Shown here piece by piece: positions 13,556 through 25,281 of a stretch of 64,000 nt of DNA; positions within the stretch are counted from its first letter, which is position 1, and every line of letters starts with the position of its first letter. The DNA comes from Octopus sinensis (Eukaryota). Both the position numbers and the translations under genes were made by a program. A model generated the notes under the pieces. The model worked only from the letters and a program-made list of their open reading frames with translations. It ran no database searches and had not been told where the DNA came from. The DNA is taken from positions 3,844,001 to 3,908,000 of the forward strand of contig NC_043007.1 of the NCBI RefSeq assembly GCF_006345805.1, read 5' to 3'.

Positions 13556-14859
13556 CTGTAAAAGAAAGAAAGAAAACACCGAAATCATTAAGATGCCACT
13601 TTGAATCAAGAAGACAGTCAGACCATGAGATTAAATCTGAAGAACAATCTCGATATATACACTACACACATATACATCCATGCTTGTACGCATGCACACA
13701 TATATATGTTCCATTCAGTCGTCATCATGCAGCAGCTTTCTAACATCAAAGGAACATAATTGACTGGGGGGATGGGAGAAAACGGGAGAGGTGGGCGGAG
13801 GAAATGAAGACCAGTTAAATAAAAGTCACAAGATCACTGACCTTCTTCATCAGACGATAACAGTCCTGTAATTTGAAACTATTATCTCTCTATTCCTTTT
13901 TTTATTATGATTCTTTCTCTCTTTCAATTTTGGTTTCCAATTTTGCTTCTTTAGGTGAAGGAAACTATTGGCAATATCACCACTGGCATCGTTTTCATCA
14001 TCACCATCCTTGTCATTATCATGATTGTCAATCAGTGTTGTTGCTATCATGATAGGAAATGCATAAACATCACAAGTTCCCAAAGGCATTCTTCAAAAAT
14101 CAGTCAAGATTTTCTTCAACACCAGTATCATCACAATCACCATTGTCACCAAATCACCAAACTACCACATTCTGTAAACTGAGGGAGCCTATACATGGTC
14201 ACCTGAATAGCCAGAAATAGTACCCAAATTTTCTTCAAATCACATGCTAATTTCTTATATAAGGATGCACTGGACTGGATGATGTAAACTTGGGGACATT
14301 ATTCCAGAAAAAACAAATAAGGGATTATCATGGTTTGAATGCTTTTGATAAGAGGTGTGAAGAATGTGGACATACTTAGGGCTAAACAAAAGCAACAATA
14401 ACAACAATGCCTTGAACTGGTATCCATTGTGTTCACCGATATCACTGTATTGACTGCGATATCAGTAGCAGTGTTCATAGGATATGATCCTATGAACATT
14501 GTTGCTGATATCACTATCAATACAGAACACAACTCCTTTATATCCCTAAATTCCATTAACACCAGTAACACTATGTAGTTGCTTGACTTGTTAGTTATCA
14601 TACTCAGTTTTTCATCAACTTGACCTGCTAGAGACAGCAGCCAACTTACCATCAAGTCATACCCTACCGCTTTGAATAAGGACACACTGGTTAATGTAGT
14701 TCATGGTTATAACTGGAACACAGGAGCTGATTATTAGACACCAACACCACAGTATATCAAAGATTCAGTTACCGTCTTCATCAAGCACCATTCCATTCCA
14801 TAACAATCACTGATGTCATTTTGGCAAATTTGCAGAGTCTTTTGAGCATTGGATGAAAA

Positions 14860-15060
14860 GCCTTGAGGTATTTATTCTGGTTTCAAATCCTTCTGAGGTC
14901 AGCTTCACATGTTATCCTCTCGGGGTCAATAAATATAGTACCAGTCTATGGATTGTGACAGAATCCTTAGAGCATTGGATGGAATACTTTGCAATATTTG
15001 TTCTGGCTCTTTGTATTCTGAGTTCAAATCCTGCTGTGGCCTGGTTGGGTTTAACACCAG
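14860..15060 (+). mobile_element. Two degenerate SINE family A fragments
   Basis: ttctg.gtttcaaatcc...ggggtcaataaatatagtaccagt and ttctgagttcaaatcc. Confidence 0.6.
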
Positions 15061-16570
15061 TGTCTTGTCTTTGGGTTCCTTTAGTGAAGGAATCCACTGA
15101 ATTGAATGCACCCAGGCCAGGTCTCTCATTGAGAATACCTTCCACCCTCACTCTGATCAATTCCAGAGGCCTTATAAAGGATCATGACCACTGTTTTTTC
15201 TTCCTAAGCAATAGAACAATTCTCTCAACCAAAAGACAATCTGTGCCTGAAACAGCACAGCCATGCCCACCAATATTCTGCCAGCACAATGACCTACTCA
15301 AACCAACCACATTGTTTCACCTCTTCACTTGATCATGTGTCGTTGTTTAGCCCCAGGTCAACCCTGATCAAGCTAACCTGCAATGAACAGCATTCTAACC
15401 ATAATCACTTTGTCTTTTGTTCAACCAGTGTATCAAATACAACATCATGGAATGAATCTTTCTTTTTTAAAGACCATCTAGTGTCATTTGAAGTTGATTC
15501 TTGGAAGCTATATGACCATGGACAGTTGGCTTCTAGTATCAAGTATTTCCAGAAATGACATGAAGAACAGAAAATCTTTAGCAATTCCAATATGTTTTTT
15601 CAGAGTGAAATATCTACTATGAAGAGTGGAATTATTTATAGGGACATTGTATATACAGTTGGATCTGTGGCTCAGCAGATCTATAATCAAAGATATTCCA
15701 ACCATAACTATTCAGTCCTTCTCTTACATGTTACAGACTAAAGTTTTCATAACTTTCCCGTAAATAAAAGTTTTTCTTCTCTCAAACAGTAGAACGGTTG
15801 TGTTTTCTCCTTATTCTTTGTGGCACTCTTTATTCATTTATTCCACATAATGGCTTCTTCTTTTGTAAGGGCGACCGTGCGGCGTTTAAAAGGAGACATT
15901 TCTGTCACCAAATCTTTAAGAAAATTCCTGTGATAAATTTACAGAGAAAGAGCGAGACTAGTCAAAGAAAATGGATTTAGAAGTTTTCTTCCTTTCTGGG
16001 GCTCTATGAAAATCAAAGTATGAATCTCGTCGGAAGTTCAAAAGTGAAAGTACTTTAACAGGTGTTAAGGCGAATGTAACTAAGAAAGCCATCCACCATT
16101 TTGCACTAAATTTTCGCATCTCCACTTTTTCAATTCAAACCCTCTGAGGTCATGATTGTTTTTCACTCCTCCGGTATCTGCTCAATACATACAATCAATA
16201 TTCCTCTTCTACAAATTGGTAACTTTGTACCAATGTGAAAAACCTCACACGTATTATAAATAGGATGTAACTAAATTTCTACAGCTATCAGATTGAAAAC
16301 CACGAAAGACTTCATGTTCAATAAAAATAAATTGACAGTTTATTGTTTTAAAAGCAGGATTTCCTCAATAATTAAGGAAATGAGGACAATGAAAATAACT
16401 AAGACTGCTGATAATAGATGAGGAGACAACTAGCTTGGATACGTAATAATACAAATATAGAGTCTGCGGCTAAATTTCTTTTCCTGTTTGAACCTTTTGC
16501 TTTTGCATTGCGTGGAAGTGAACAAAAAAAAAATATATATCAGCGAAAATTTTTAAGAAGCGGTTTATAA

Positions 16571-16810
16571 GAAATATGTTTTGAATATGGCAAGAAACAA
16601 ACTTCGCTCGACAGCTTGCTTTCAGAATGGCAGCAAAGAAGTTGTGCTGGAAGCAACGTCGAAGAACACAGCAAAGAAAAACAGAATGACGAAGCAATAG
16701 AGAAAGATGGAGAAAAGAAACGTGGACATCAAGTAGCAAAGAGGGATATAGACGGCAAAAACATGTAAGGATGAAGCTGTAGAGAAGGATAGAAAAACGG
16801 AAAAGATGAA
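16571..16810 (+). CDS. Candidate charged (E/K/D-rich) coding exon with one apparent frameshift in an A5 run
   Basis: Frame EICFEYGKK...DEAIEKDGEKK...DIDGK continues as TCKDEAVEKDRKTEKM if one A is removed from 16757-16761; donor aa|gtgagt at 16810. No start codon or acceptor established. Confidence 0.25.
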
Positions 16811-17774
16811 GTGAGTAAATGAACAAATTTAACATGTTTCATGAACTTAAAATGACAAAGACAGTTATCGTCACGTTTTCTGGTGTTCAAGAAAAAAAAT
16901 ATCATAAAATAATAAAGAACTGAGATCCGTTCCAATATAATTCAAGCAGACCTTTAAAATCTCTGCGATATTGGACACTGAGTTAAAGAAAATGTGTAAT
17001 TTCGAAAACGGAAAGACACCACGTTGCACCATGTTCAAACTCATTTATATAATGGCAAACAAATTAGTAATGGCAAAAATAATAAACTCTCTCCAATGAT
17101 ATTGGCAATTGTGGAAATGTGAACAGTTATTCTATCACCTGTCTAGGTAAAAGGAAACTGGGGGAAGTTTGGAGTATAAAATCTTATATTAATGATGGAG
17201 AAATCCAGATATAATTTAATCCGATTATGACTTTTCGGATTGTTAATTAGCTTCATCAAAGAAACGAATAATGTTTTAACATATATATAACACCATCGCA
17301 AATTTTCATCTGACTCTATGAAGTTAATAGTTTGAAAAATTTATAATCGTATTAACAATCTCAGACATTTAGACATTTATGTAATCCGTTTATGAAAGAC
17401 AGCGAATGTTCGCTCTTAAACAAGTTTTCATGTGCGGAAGAGGCGGCTGGAATGCTTCAAATAGAATATGGAAATCCGAAGAAGAAGAAGAAGATGAAGG
17501 ACATATATATATATAAATATAAAGTAGCTTTTCATGCAAGGAACTTCAGAGAAAAGGAAGAAGTTTGAACGGCATTACAAAGGTAAGCCTCCTTGCATCA
17601 ATTACAAAGGATAACTAAACTAGTCTGGTGATATCCAGTTAATTATTAGCGACCTCATGAGAGAGAACAATCAAATTCTAACCGATAATTAGCAGGAGAA
17701 GACGGATTTAAAATCCACCCCATTGAAGAAGGGGGGTGGATGTCTCTTGGAAATAATCCTAATTTATCCCACAG

Positions 17775-17805
17775 TAAATACCTGTCGAAAGACCCAGTTA
17801 CAAAG
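17775..17805 (+). CDS. Candidate 31-nt micro-exon (KYLSKDPVTK)
   Basis: tttatcccacag|...aag|gtaagc; phase-compatible with the 16810 donor and with the next micro-exon. Confidence 0.35.
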
Positions 17806-17945
17806 GTAAGCGGATGAAGGTTACTTTATTCTTGGTCAGAATGGTGAATTATCAGGTTGTATTTAAGTTAATTGTTGAGTCTTTTTTCAGTTTTATGGCA
17901 TCCATTTATGGATATCATTTCATAGGATTTGACTTTTCTATCCAG

Positions 17946-17972
17946 TCACCTGTAGACATCAAAGACAACAAG
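17946..17972 (+). CDS. Candidate 27-nt micro-exon (SPVDIKDNK)
   Basis: gacttttctatccag|...aag|gtatgg; phase 0 to 0. Confidence 0.35.
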
Positions 17973-18189
17973 GTATGGACTTAGGAGCTGTACGGCTGTT
18001 CGAACCGCTAGAAATAGCAACCAAATTTCCCTCAAATAGCATGTTACTGTATTAAAACAAACCAGCGAAGGACATTGGGTATGTAGTAATGGTTAATGTT
18101 TTTTTGGGGAGATTTTCATTTCCGGGTCAAGATGTAAACATTAACCGTAAATTTAAATAATCGTACTTTAACAGAAAATATAAAGATTG

Positions 18190-18350
18190 TCAAGTTCTAT
18201 ATTTAAGAGATGAGGAATTAGGTACATTATTGACATTTGATGAATATTTGTCCTCATCTTGTTTGTTGTTAACACCTTTCAGCTGATATACCATCCAGCC
18301 TTTGTCAGGTGTCTTGGGGGAAATTTCGAACCTGGGTTCTCATTCCTAAG
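18190..18350 (-). mobile_element. Penelope-like terminal-repeat fragment with a decayed hammerhead motif
   Basis: Minus strand 18314 to 18271 reads GACAC-CUGACAA-AGGCUG-loop-CAGCU-GAAA-GGUGUU. The family assignment is from recall, not a search. Confidence 0.45.
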
Positions 18351-18638
18351 GTATTTGGTAAAATTACAGAGTAACACCCGCAGTAATTTTACGAAATATA
18401 CGAAGCCCAGTATACCCATCATGACTACCCGTCTGATAAGGGTACACTAGGCACATGCATCACAATCATGTGTGCGTGACATGGTGATCTCATATCAAGA
18501 TAAACAGAACATGACCTTGCCCGACCTTTGACAGGTTTTGTTTTTCATCCCGCAGGGTGACCAATAAACACCCTTCTCACCAAGCAAGCTTGGTGGAGTT
18601 GCCGGTTTAGTCGCTGACGACCCAACCATGCAATATAC

Positions 18639-19404
18639 TACTACTACTATGGCAATCCCTCAAGGTCGAGGATGATGGTCTTCGCGCAAATTTATTGTTG
18701 AGTCCGCAGGTGACTGATAAGACCAATTCTTGCTCGAAAAGATCGGTCACAGTGCGGACATCTAGTGCCGGAAGGGAGAGTCGCACGTGGTTGTTGTTGG
18801 CGCTCCTTCCGTCGTCTTTTCTCCTCCAGCTCTGCAGACCTTTTCGACTCGAAATTCGCCATTCTCTCATGGATGGTGGTTTTCCAGAGTGGTTTGTTTT
18901 TTGCCGTTTCCTCCCAGTTGGTGAAGTCAATGCCACACTTTTTGAGGTTCGATTTCAGGGAGTCCTTGTAGCGTTTCTTCTGGCCTCCTTTTGTACGCTT
19001 GCCGTCTTTGAGTTGGGAGTAGAAGATCTGTTTGGGAAGTTGTTCGTCAGTCATTCTAACCATGTGGCCGCTCCATCTTAGTTGGCCTTTGATGACATAG
19101 GCTTCGATGCTGGTCATTTTTGCTTCTTGTAGCATGCTGACGTTAGTTCTTCTGTCTTCCCAGCTGATGTTGAGGATATTCCGAAGACAGCGTTGATGAA
19201 ATTTATCGAGCGTTTTCAGGTGGCGACTATACGGGGTCCAGGTTTCGGATGCGTAAAGGAGGGTTGGAATAATGACTGCCCTGTACACCATGAGTTTGGT
19301 TTCGGTTCGGATGTCCCGATCAGCAAAAACTCTTGTTCGAAGCTTGCCGAAAGCTGTTCCTGCACACTTCAGACGGTATTGGATTTCAAGATGTGCAAGC
19401 AAGA
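18639..19404 (-). mobile_element. Young 5'-truncated RTE-BovB-like LINE with (TAG)n tail and 12-bp TSD
   Basis: catgcaatatac occurs at 18627-18638 and 19405-19416; the ORF is uninterrupted and CpGs are retained. Confidence 0.92.
18692..19404 (-). CDS. RTE ORF2 C-terminal region (thumb, LLYASETW, LRWSGH, terminal C2H2-like finger)
   Basis: ORF 18692..19411; motifs IPTLLYASETWT, QLRWSGHMVRM and CPHCDRSF...HLRTQ (second His replaced by Gln). It is 5'-truncated, so not functional on its own. Confidence 0.9.
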
Positions 19405-19427
19405 CATGCAATATACATACATATATA

Positions 19428-19724
19428 TATCATCATCATCATCATCATCATCGTTTAACGTCCGTTCTCCATGCTAGCATGGGTTGGATGGTTCGACCGG
19501 GGATCTGGGAAGCCAGGAGGCTGCACCAGGCTCCAGTCTGATCTGGCAGTGTTTCTACGGCTGGATGCCCTTCCTAACGCCAACCACTCCGTGAGTGTAG
19601 TGGGTGCTTTTTACGTGCCACCTGCACAGGGGCCAGAGGAGGCTGGCAACGGCCACGATCGGATTGGTGCTTTTTATGTGCCACGGGCACGGAAGCCAGT
19701 CTAGGCGGCGCTGGCATCGGCCAC
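19428..19724 (-). mobile_element. RTE 3'-UTR-only copy (GAT-tailed family)
   Basis: Near-identical to the rc of 24890-25175; both ends abut TA-rich runs. Confidence 0.9.
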
Positions 19725-19771
<47 letters not shown>

Positions 19772-19911
19772 ATGTATGTGTAAGACATTATATATGTATT
19801 ATAATGTGGCATGTGGGGTCAATTTGATGGAGTAAACCTTTCAACATGGTGGTGTCCCAACATTGTCACAATCTAATACCTGAAACAACTATATGTATAT
19901 ATATATATATG

Positions 19912-19947
<36 letters not shown>

Positions 19948-20396
19948 ATTAATTAATAAGGGTGAGAGAATTAGATACTAATTTAATAGTATATCTATTC
20001 AACACCAAGTGGCCCAGTGCTCCGAGAAACCTGGATTATTATAATATTTTATAATATATTATAATATTTTTACAAAAATAAATATAAGAGAGTGGTCACT
20101 ATATGGCTCACTCTAGCACTAGTTAATCCAAAAGGTTTCAACCACAAAAATACATGTTTCCCATGAAAGTCAGTACGATTGTTAGCTCACACGAACAGGG
20201 CAAATAAAAAATAACAAAAATACAGATTATTTTGGGACAATTGTTTCGCTATTAATGAATTAAATGTAATTTTACTTACAAAAAAATCCACTTGTAGCTC
20301 GTCAGCCAAAACTATCTGGATGAAATCCACTCAATCACACGCCAGATTTTACCATAATGATAAATACACGTGTGGTTCAATTGATTACATCCGACG

Positions 20397-20399
<3 letters not shown>

Positions 20400-20433
<34 letters not shown>

Positions 20434-21452
20434 GTATGTATATATATATTATGTATATATATATATATCTGTATGTATATATATATATATATATGTATGT
20501 ATATATATCAACAATCAAGGAATGGCCATAATAGGCCATTCACCCACTAGAAATAACAGCCAAAGCTTCAACCGCAAATAAAAATCAATTCCGTAAACCA
20601 GGAGAAAATTTAAAAAACATTTACCCTGTAATTTCTTATACGATGCACCGTTTCATCTGCTGTTTAATGGTAAACTAACCTGATTAAATTAAATCAAGCC
20701 AATCTTCTATAGGCCCTCAGATTCTTCAGTAAGAAATAGCCAAGTCGGAACAGATATTTTCACGAGGCATTTCCGACCCTGCCAAGGCAATATCTGACCT
20801 AAAATTTTCAAATCATCGCACTCGCGCCAAATTTATCGGCAGCAAATAAATATAAGCCGTCGATTCCATTACGGAACTAACCAGAAAATTCATAATTAAT
20901 CAATATAGGGTGGCAAAAAAATTTTGTAGAATTTTATGTATATATATATATATGTATATATATATGTATGTATATATATGTGTATATGTATATATGTATG
21001 TATATATATGTGTGTATATGTATATATGTATATGTATATATATATATGTGTATATGTATATATGTATATGTATATATATATATATGAAAAAACAAGTCAA
21101 GATAGAAAATGCTAAAATAATTTTATATAGAACATTTCAGTACTGGTTTCGGTCATTTTGAGACCTTTTCAACTGTAACGATTAAATAATTAAATTTAGA
21201 AAAATTAAAAGAAAAGTTTTTTTAAAGGAATATTTGTATAGTGTTCAAATATAAGTGGCATTTTCCTTGTTTCTGCCTTTCTCTGTCTCTTGTTTACACT
21301 TGTGGGTTCGAGGTCGTTGTGAATTCTTGGTAGGGAAGAAGAAGAAGAAGAAGGATGATATATATATATATGTATATATATATGTATATATATATGTATG
21401 TATGTATATATATATATTATGTATATATATATGTGTATATATATATATATAG

Positions 21453-21504
<52 letters not shown>

Positions 21505-21508
21505 GTAT

Positions 21509-21541
<33 letters not shown>

Positions 21542-21560
21542 ATATATATATATGTATATA

Positions 21561-21631
<71 letters not shown>

Positions 21632-21672
21632 TATATATGTATATATATATATATATATGTATGTATATGTTT

Positions 21673-21710
<38 letters not shown>

Positions 21711-21740
21711 ATATGTGTATATATATGTATATATGTGTAT
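20400..21740. repeat. Three long (TA)n/(TATG)n microsatellites (about 20400-20510, 20935-21085, 21355-21740)
   Basis: Direct; they explain the many YIYI ORFs. Confidence 0.95.
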
Positions 21741-21893
21741 CATCATCATTGTTTAGCGTCCACTTTCCATGCTAGCATGGGTTGGACGGTCCAACTGGGG
21801 TCTGGGAAGGCAGAAGGCTGCACCAGGCCCAGTCTGATCTGGCAATGTTTCTACGGCTGGATGCCCTTCCTAACGCCAACCACTCCATGAGTG
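21741..21893 (-). mobile_element. RTE 3'-UTR-only copy
   Basis: catcatcattgtttagcgtccactttccatgctagcatggg...aacgccaaccactcc. Confidence 0.85.
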
Positions 21894-22366
21894 GGATCTT
21901 TTCCTTTGGATGGATGGAATTCAACACAATTTCTAGTTAACTAAACAATTTGAAACTTCGTATACTGGTAGAATGTGTCAAAAGAAAACATTATTTTCAC
22001 TTGGCTTTTTTGAGAAAATTGTAATTTGTAAGTTTAACGTAGTTTAATTCTTCGAATTTTAACCAATGAATTGCCAGCATTTGAGCTCAACTCATTTGCT
22101 GTGTCTAAGAACTCAGACATCCTGTTACAACGTAAACAGCGTGCACACACACACAAACACACACACACACACACACACACGTGTTATTCATCCTTCTCTC
22201 TTCTGTCTGTCTCGTTCATCAATATTGATAAACAAACGAGGCATGTGCTAGAAATAACAGCCATATCTCTTAAATCGATGAATTTCGTTGCCCAATAAAA
22301 ATATTAACGATATTTTTTGAATATTTTCTTTATTTTTTTTTACCGAAAAGGCTTCTCCCATGGTTT

Positions 22367-23872
22367 TGAAGGTCCAAAACCTAAAGTTCGAAGGTCGTGC
22401 TTCACCACCTCATCCCAGGTTTTCCTGGGTCTGCCTCTTCCACAGATTCCCTCAACCGCTAAGGTGTGGCACTTTTTCACACAACTATCTTCATCCATTC
22501 TCGCCACATGACCATACCAGCGCAAATGTCTCTCTTGCACACCACAACTGATGCTTCTTAGGTCCAGCTTTTTTCTCAAGGTACTCACACTCTGTCGAGT
22601 ATGAATACTGACATTACACATCCATCAGAGCATACTGGCTTCATTTCTTGCGAGCTTACGCATATCCTCAGTAGTCATGGCCCATGTTTCACTGCCATGT
22701 AGCATGGCTGTTCATACACAAGCGTCATACAGTCTGCCTTTTACTCTGAGCGAGAGGCCTTTTATCACCAGCAGAGGTAAGAGCTCTCTGAACTTTGCCC
22801 AAGCTATTCTTACTCTAGCAGTTACACTTTCAGCACACCTGCTACTGACTTGGTCACCTAGGTAACGGAAGCTATCAACTATTTCTAGTTTTTCTCCCTG
22901 GAATGTGGCAGAAGTTGGTCTCAGAGCATTTTCAGCGTTTATTGCTCCCGAGCATCTGCCACATACAAAAACTATCTTCCTAGTTAGCCTTCCTTTGACA
23001 TTGCTGCACCTCTTATGTGTCCATAGCTTACACTTGGTGCATCTTATAGAGTTTCTACCTACACCTTTTCTACAGATCGAGCAGGGCCATCTACCTGAAG
23101 GCTTTTGTGATTTGTCTACCTTCCTACTTATTAGGACTTTTGTTTTAGCTATGTTGACTCTAAGGCCCTTTGATTCTAATCCTTGCTTCCACACCTGAAA
23201 CTTCTCCTCCAATACTGATAGTGACTCAGCAATTAGAGCAAGGTCATCAGCATAGAGGATCTCCCAGGGGCATCCTGTCTTGAATTCCTCCGTTATTGCC
23301 TGGAGGACTATGATAAATAGGAGGGGGCTGAGGACTAAGCCTTGGTGGACCCCTACCTCTACTCGGAATTCTTCACTGTACTCGTTGCCAACCCTCACCT
23401 TACTAGCGGCGTCCCTGTTCATGGCTCGCACAGCTCTCACTAACCATTCATCTATCCCTAGTTTCCTCATTGACCACCAGATAAGGGATTGGGGGACCCT
23501 GTCAAAGGCTTTCTCCATGTCAACAAAAGCCAGGTACAGGGGCTTATCTTTGGGTAGGTATTTCTCCTGCAGCTGCCTTACCAGGAATATAGCATCAGTG
23601 GTACTTTTCCCTGGCACGAACCCAAACTGCATCTCATCTAAACTATCTCTCTCTCTAATTAGTTGGGCTATGACCCTCTCCGTAACCTTCATTACCTGAT
23701 CCAACAGCTTGATACTTCTGTAATTATTTGTATCTAGGGCGTCACCTTTACCTTTGTAGCAGTTGACTAATATGCTGCTACACCAGTCATTGGGTATGAC
23801 TCCTTCATGTATCACCTGATTAACTATACAGATGACTAGGCTATAGCCGACACTACCAGATATTTTGAGCAT
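22367..23872 (-). mobile_element. RTE LINE internal fragment (RT to near C-terminus), lacking both the 5' part and the 3' UTR
   Basis: The RT ORF continues through frameshifts into LRWYGHVARM...RGRPRKTWDEVVKHDL, ending at about 22367. Confidence 0.92.
22712..23872 (-). CDS. Non-LTR reverse transcriptase fragment (386 aa) with an internal PHD-type finger
   Basis: NYRSIKLL, QFGFVPGKSTTDA, AFVDMEKAFDRV, GVHQGLVLSPLLF, LYADD and FRYLG motifs; C4-H-C3 spacing at 22952-23083. Confidence 0.92.
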   Translation of the reverse strand: MLKISGSVGYSLVICIVNQVIHEGVIPNDWCSSILVNCYKGKGDALDTNNYRSIKLLDQVMKVTERVIAQLIRERDSLDEMQFGFVPGKSTTDAIFLVRQLQEKYLPKDKPLYLAFVDMEKAFDRVPQSLIWWSMRKLGIDEWLVRAVRAMNRDAASKVRVGNEYSEEFRVEVGVHQGLVLSPLLFIIVLQAITEEFKTGCPWEILYADDLALIAESLSVLEEKFQVWKQGLESKGLRVNIAKTKVLISRKVDKSQKPSGRWPCSICRKGVGRNSIRCTKCKLWTHKRCSNVKGRLTRKIVFVCGRCSGAINAENALRPTSATFQGEKLEIVDSFRYLGDQVSSRCAESVTARVRIAWAKFRELLPLLVIKGLSLRVKGRLYDACV

Positions 23873-23921
23873 CTCTATATATGTATATATGTATATGTGT
23901 ATATATGTATATATATATGTT

Positions 23922-23983
<62 letters not shown>

Positions 23984-23985
<2 letters not shown>

Positions 23986-25175
23986 CATGCGTAAGCTCGT
24001 GAGGAATGAAGCCAGTATGCTCCGATGGATGTGTAATGTCAGTGTACATACTCGACAGAGCGTTAGCACCTTGAGAGAAATGTTGTACCTAAGAAGCATC
24101 AGTTGTGGTGTGCAAGAGAGACGATTGCGCTGGTATGGTCATGTGGCGAGAATGGATGAAGATAGGTGTGTGAGAAAGTGCCAATCCCTAGCAGTTGAGG
24201 GAACCCGTGGAAGAGGCAGACCCAGGAAAACCTGGGACGAGGTGGTGAAGCACGACCTTGAACTTTAGGCCTCACTGAGGAAATGACCAGAGACCGAGAC
24301 CTTTGGAAATATTCTGTACGTGAGAAGACCAGGCAGGACAAGTGAGCCCAGCCCACTTATGAATGCCTTTCCTCCCTTGGACACAAAGACGGGTTGAGGC
24401 AAGCGAAGTCGATATAGAACCTCATCCGACGACAGACACCCATGCCAACCCCCCATGCTTGCGAAGACATGTTGGGGCAAGCGAAATCGAAATCGAAATC
24501 GAAACCGAATTGAACCAGCCAGGATCCCTGGCCTGGTGGTACGTAAAAAGCACTATCCGACTCGTGGCCGTGGCACGTAAAATACTCCAATGCGACCGTA
24601 CGACAGGCACCCATGCCAACCCCCTTTGCTTGTGAAGACATGTTGGGGCAAGCGAAATCGAAATCGAATTGAACCAGCCAGGATCCCTGGTCTGGTGGTA
24701 CGTAAAAAGCACTATCCGACTCGTGGCCGTGGCACGTAAAATACTCCAATGCGACTGTACGACAGGCACCTTGCCAACCCCCTTGCTTGTGAAGACATGT
24801 TGGGGCAAGCGAAATCGAAATCGAATTGAACCAGCCAGGATCCCTGGTCTGGTGGTACGTAAAAAGCACTATCCGACTCGTGGCCGATGCCAGCACCGCC
24901 TCGACTGGCTTCCGTGCCGGTGGCACATAAAATACACCAATCTGACCGTGGCCGTTGCCAGCCCCGCCTGGCACCTGTGCAGGTGGCACGTAAAAAGCAC
25001 CCACTACACTCACGGAGTGGTTGGCGTTAGGAAGGGCATCCAGCTGTAGAAACATTGCCAAATTAGACTGGAGCCTGGTGCAGCCTTCTGGCTTCCCAGA
25101 ACCCCGGTCGAACCGTCCAACCCATGCTAGCATGGAGAACGGACGTTAAACGACGACGATGATGATGATGATGAT
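23984..25175 (+). mobile_element. RTE LINE 3' portion: ORF2 end (stop at 24343-24345, one frameshift), 3' UTR and (GAC)(GAT)n tail
   Basis: LRWYGHVARMDEDRCVRKC...RGRPRKTWDEVVKHDL; same family as 22367-23872 in the opposite orientation. Confidence 0.92.
24431..24886 (+). repeat. Tandem repeat of about 2.8 units (171 and 159 bp, then partial) inside the RTE 3' UTR
   Basis: Unit starts gacag(a/g)cacc at 24431, 24602 and 24761; the gaaatc motif has variable copy number. Confidence 0.9.
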
Positions 25176-25199
25176 ATATATATGTATATATGTATATAG

Positions 25200-25281
<82 letters not shown>

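Noticed and set aside
14853-15332. 159-aa ORF
   Set aside because: Runs through two SINE fragments; a chance open frame.
15289-15740. Long plus-strand frame with a single internal stop
   Set aside because: Begins in repeat-derived sequence; no motif or convincing splice structure.
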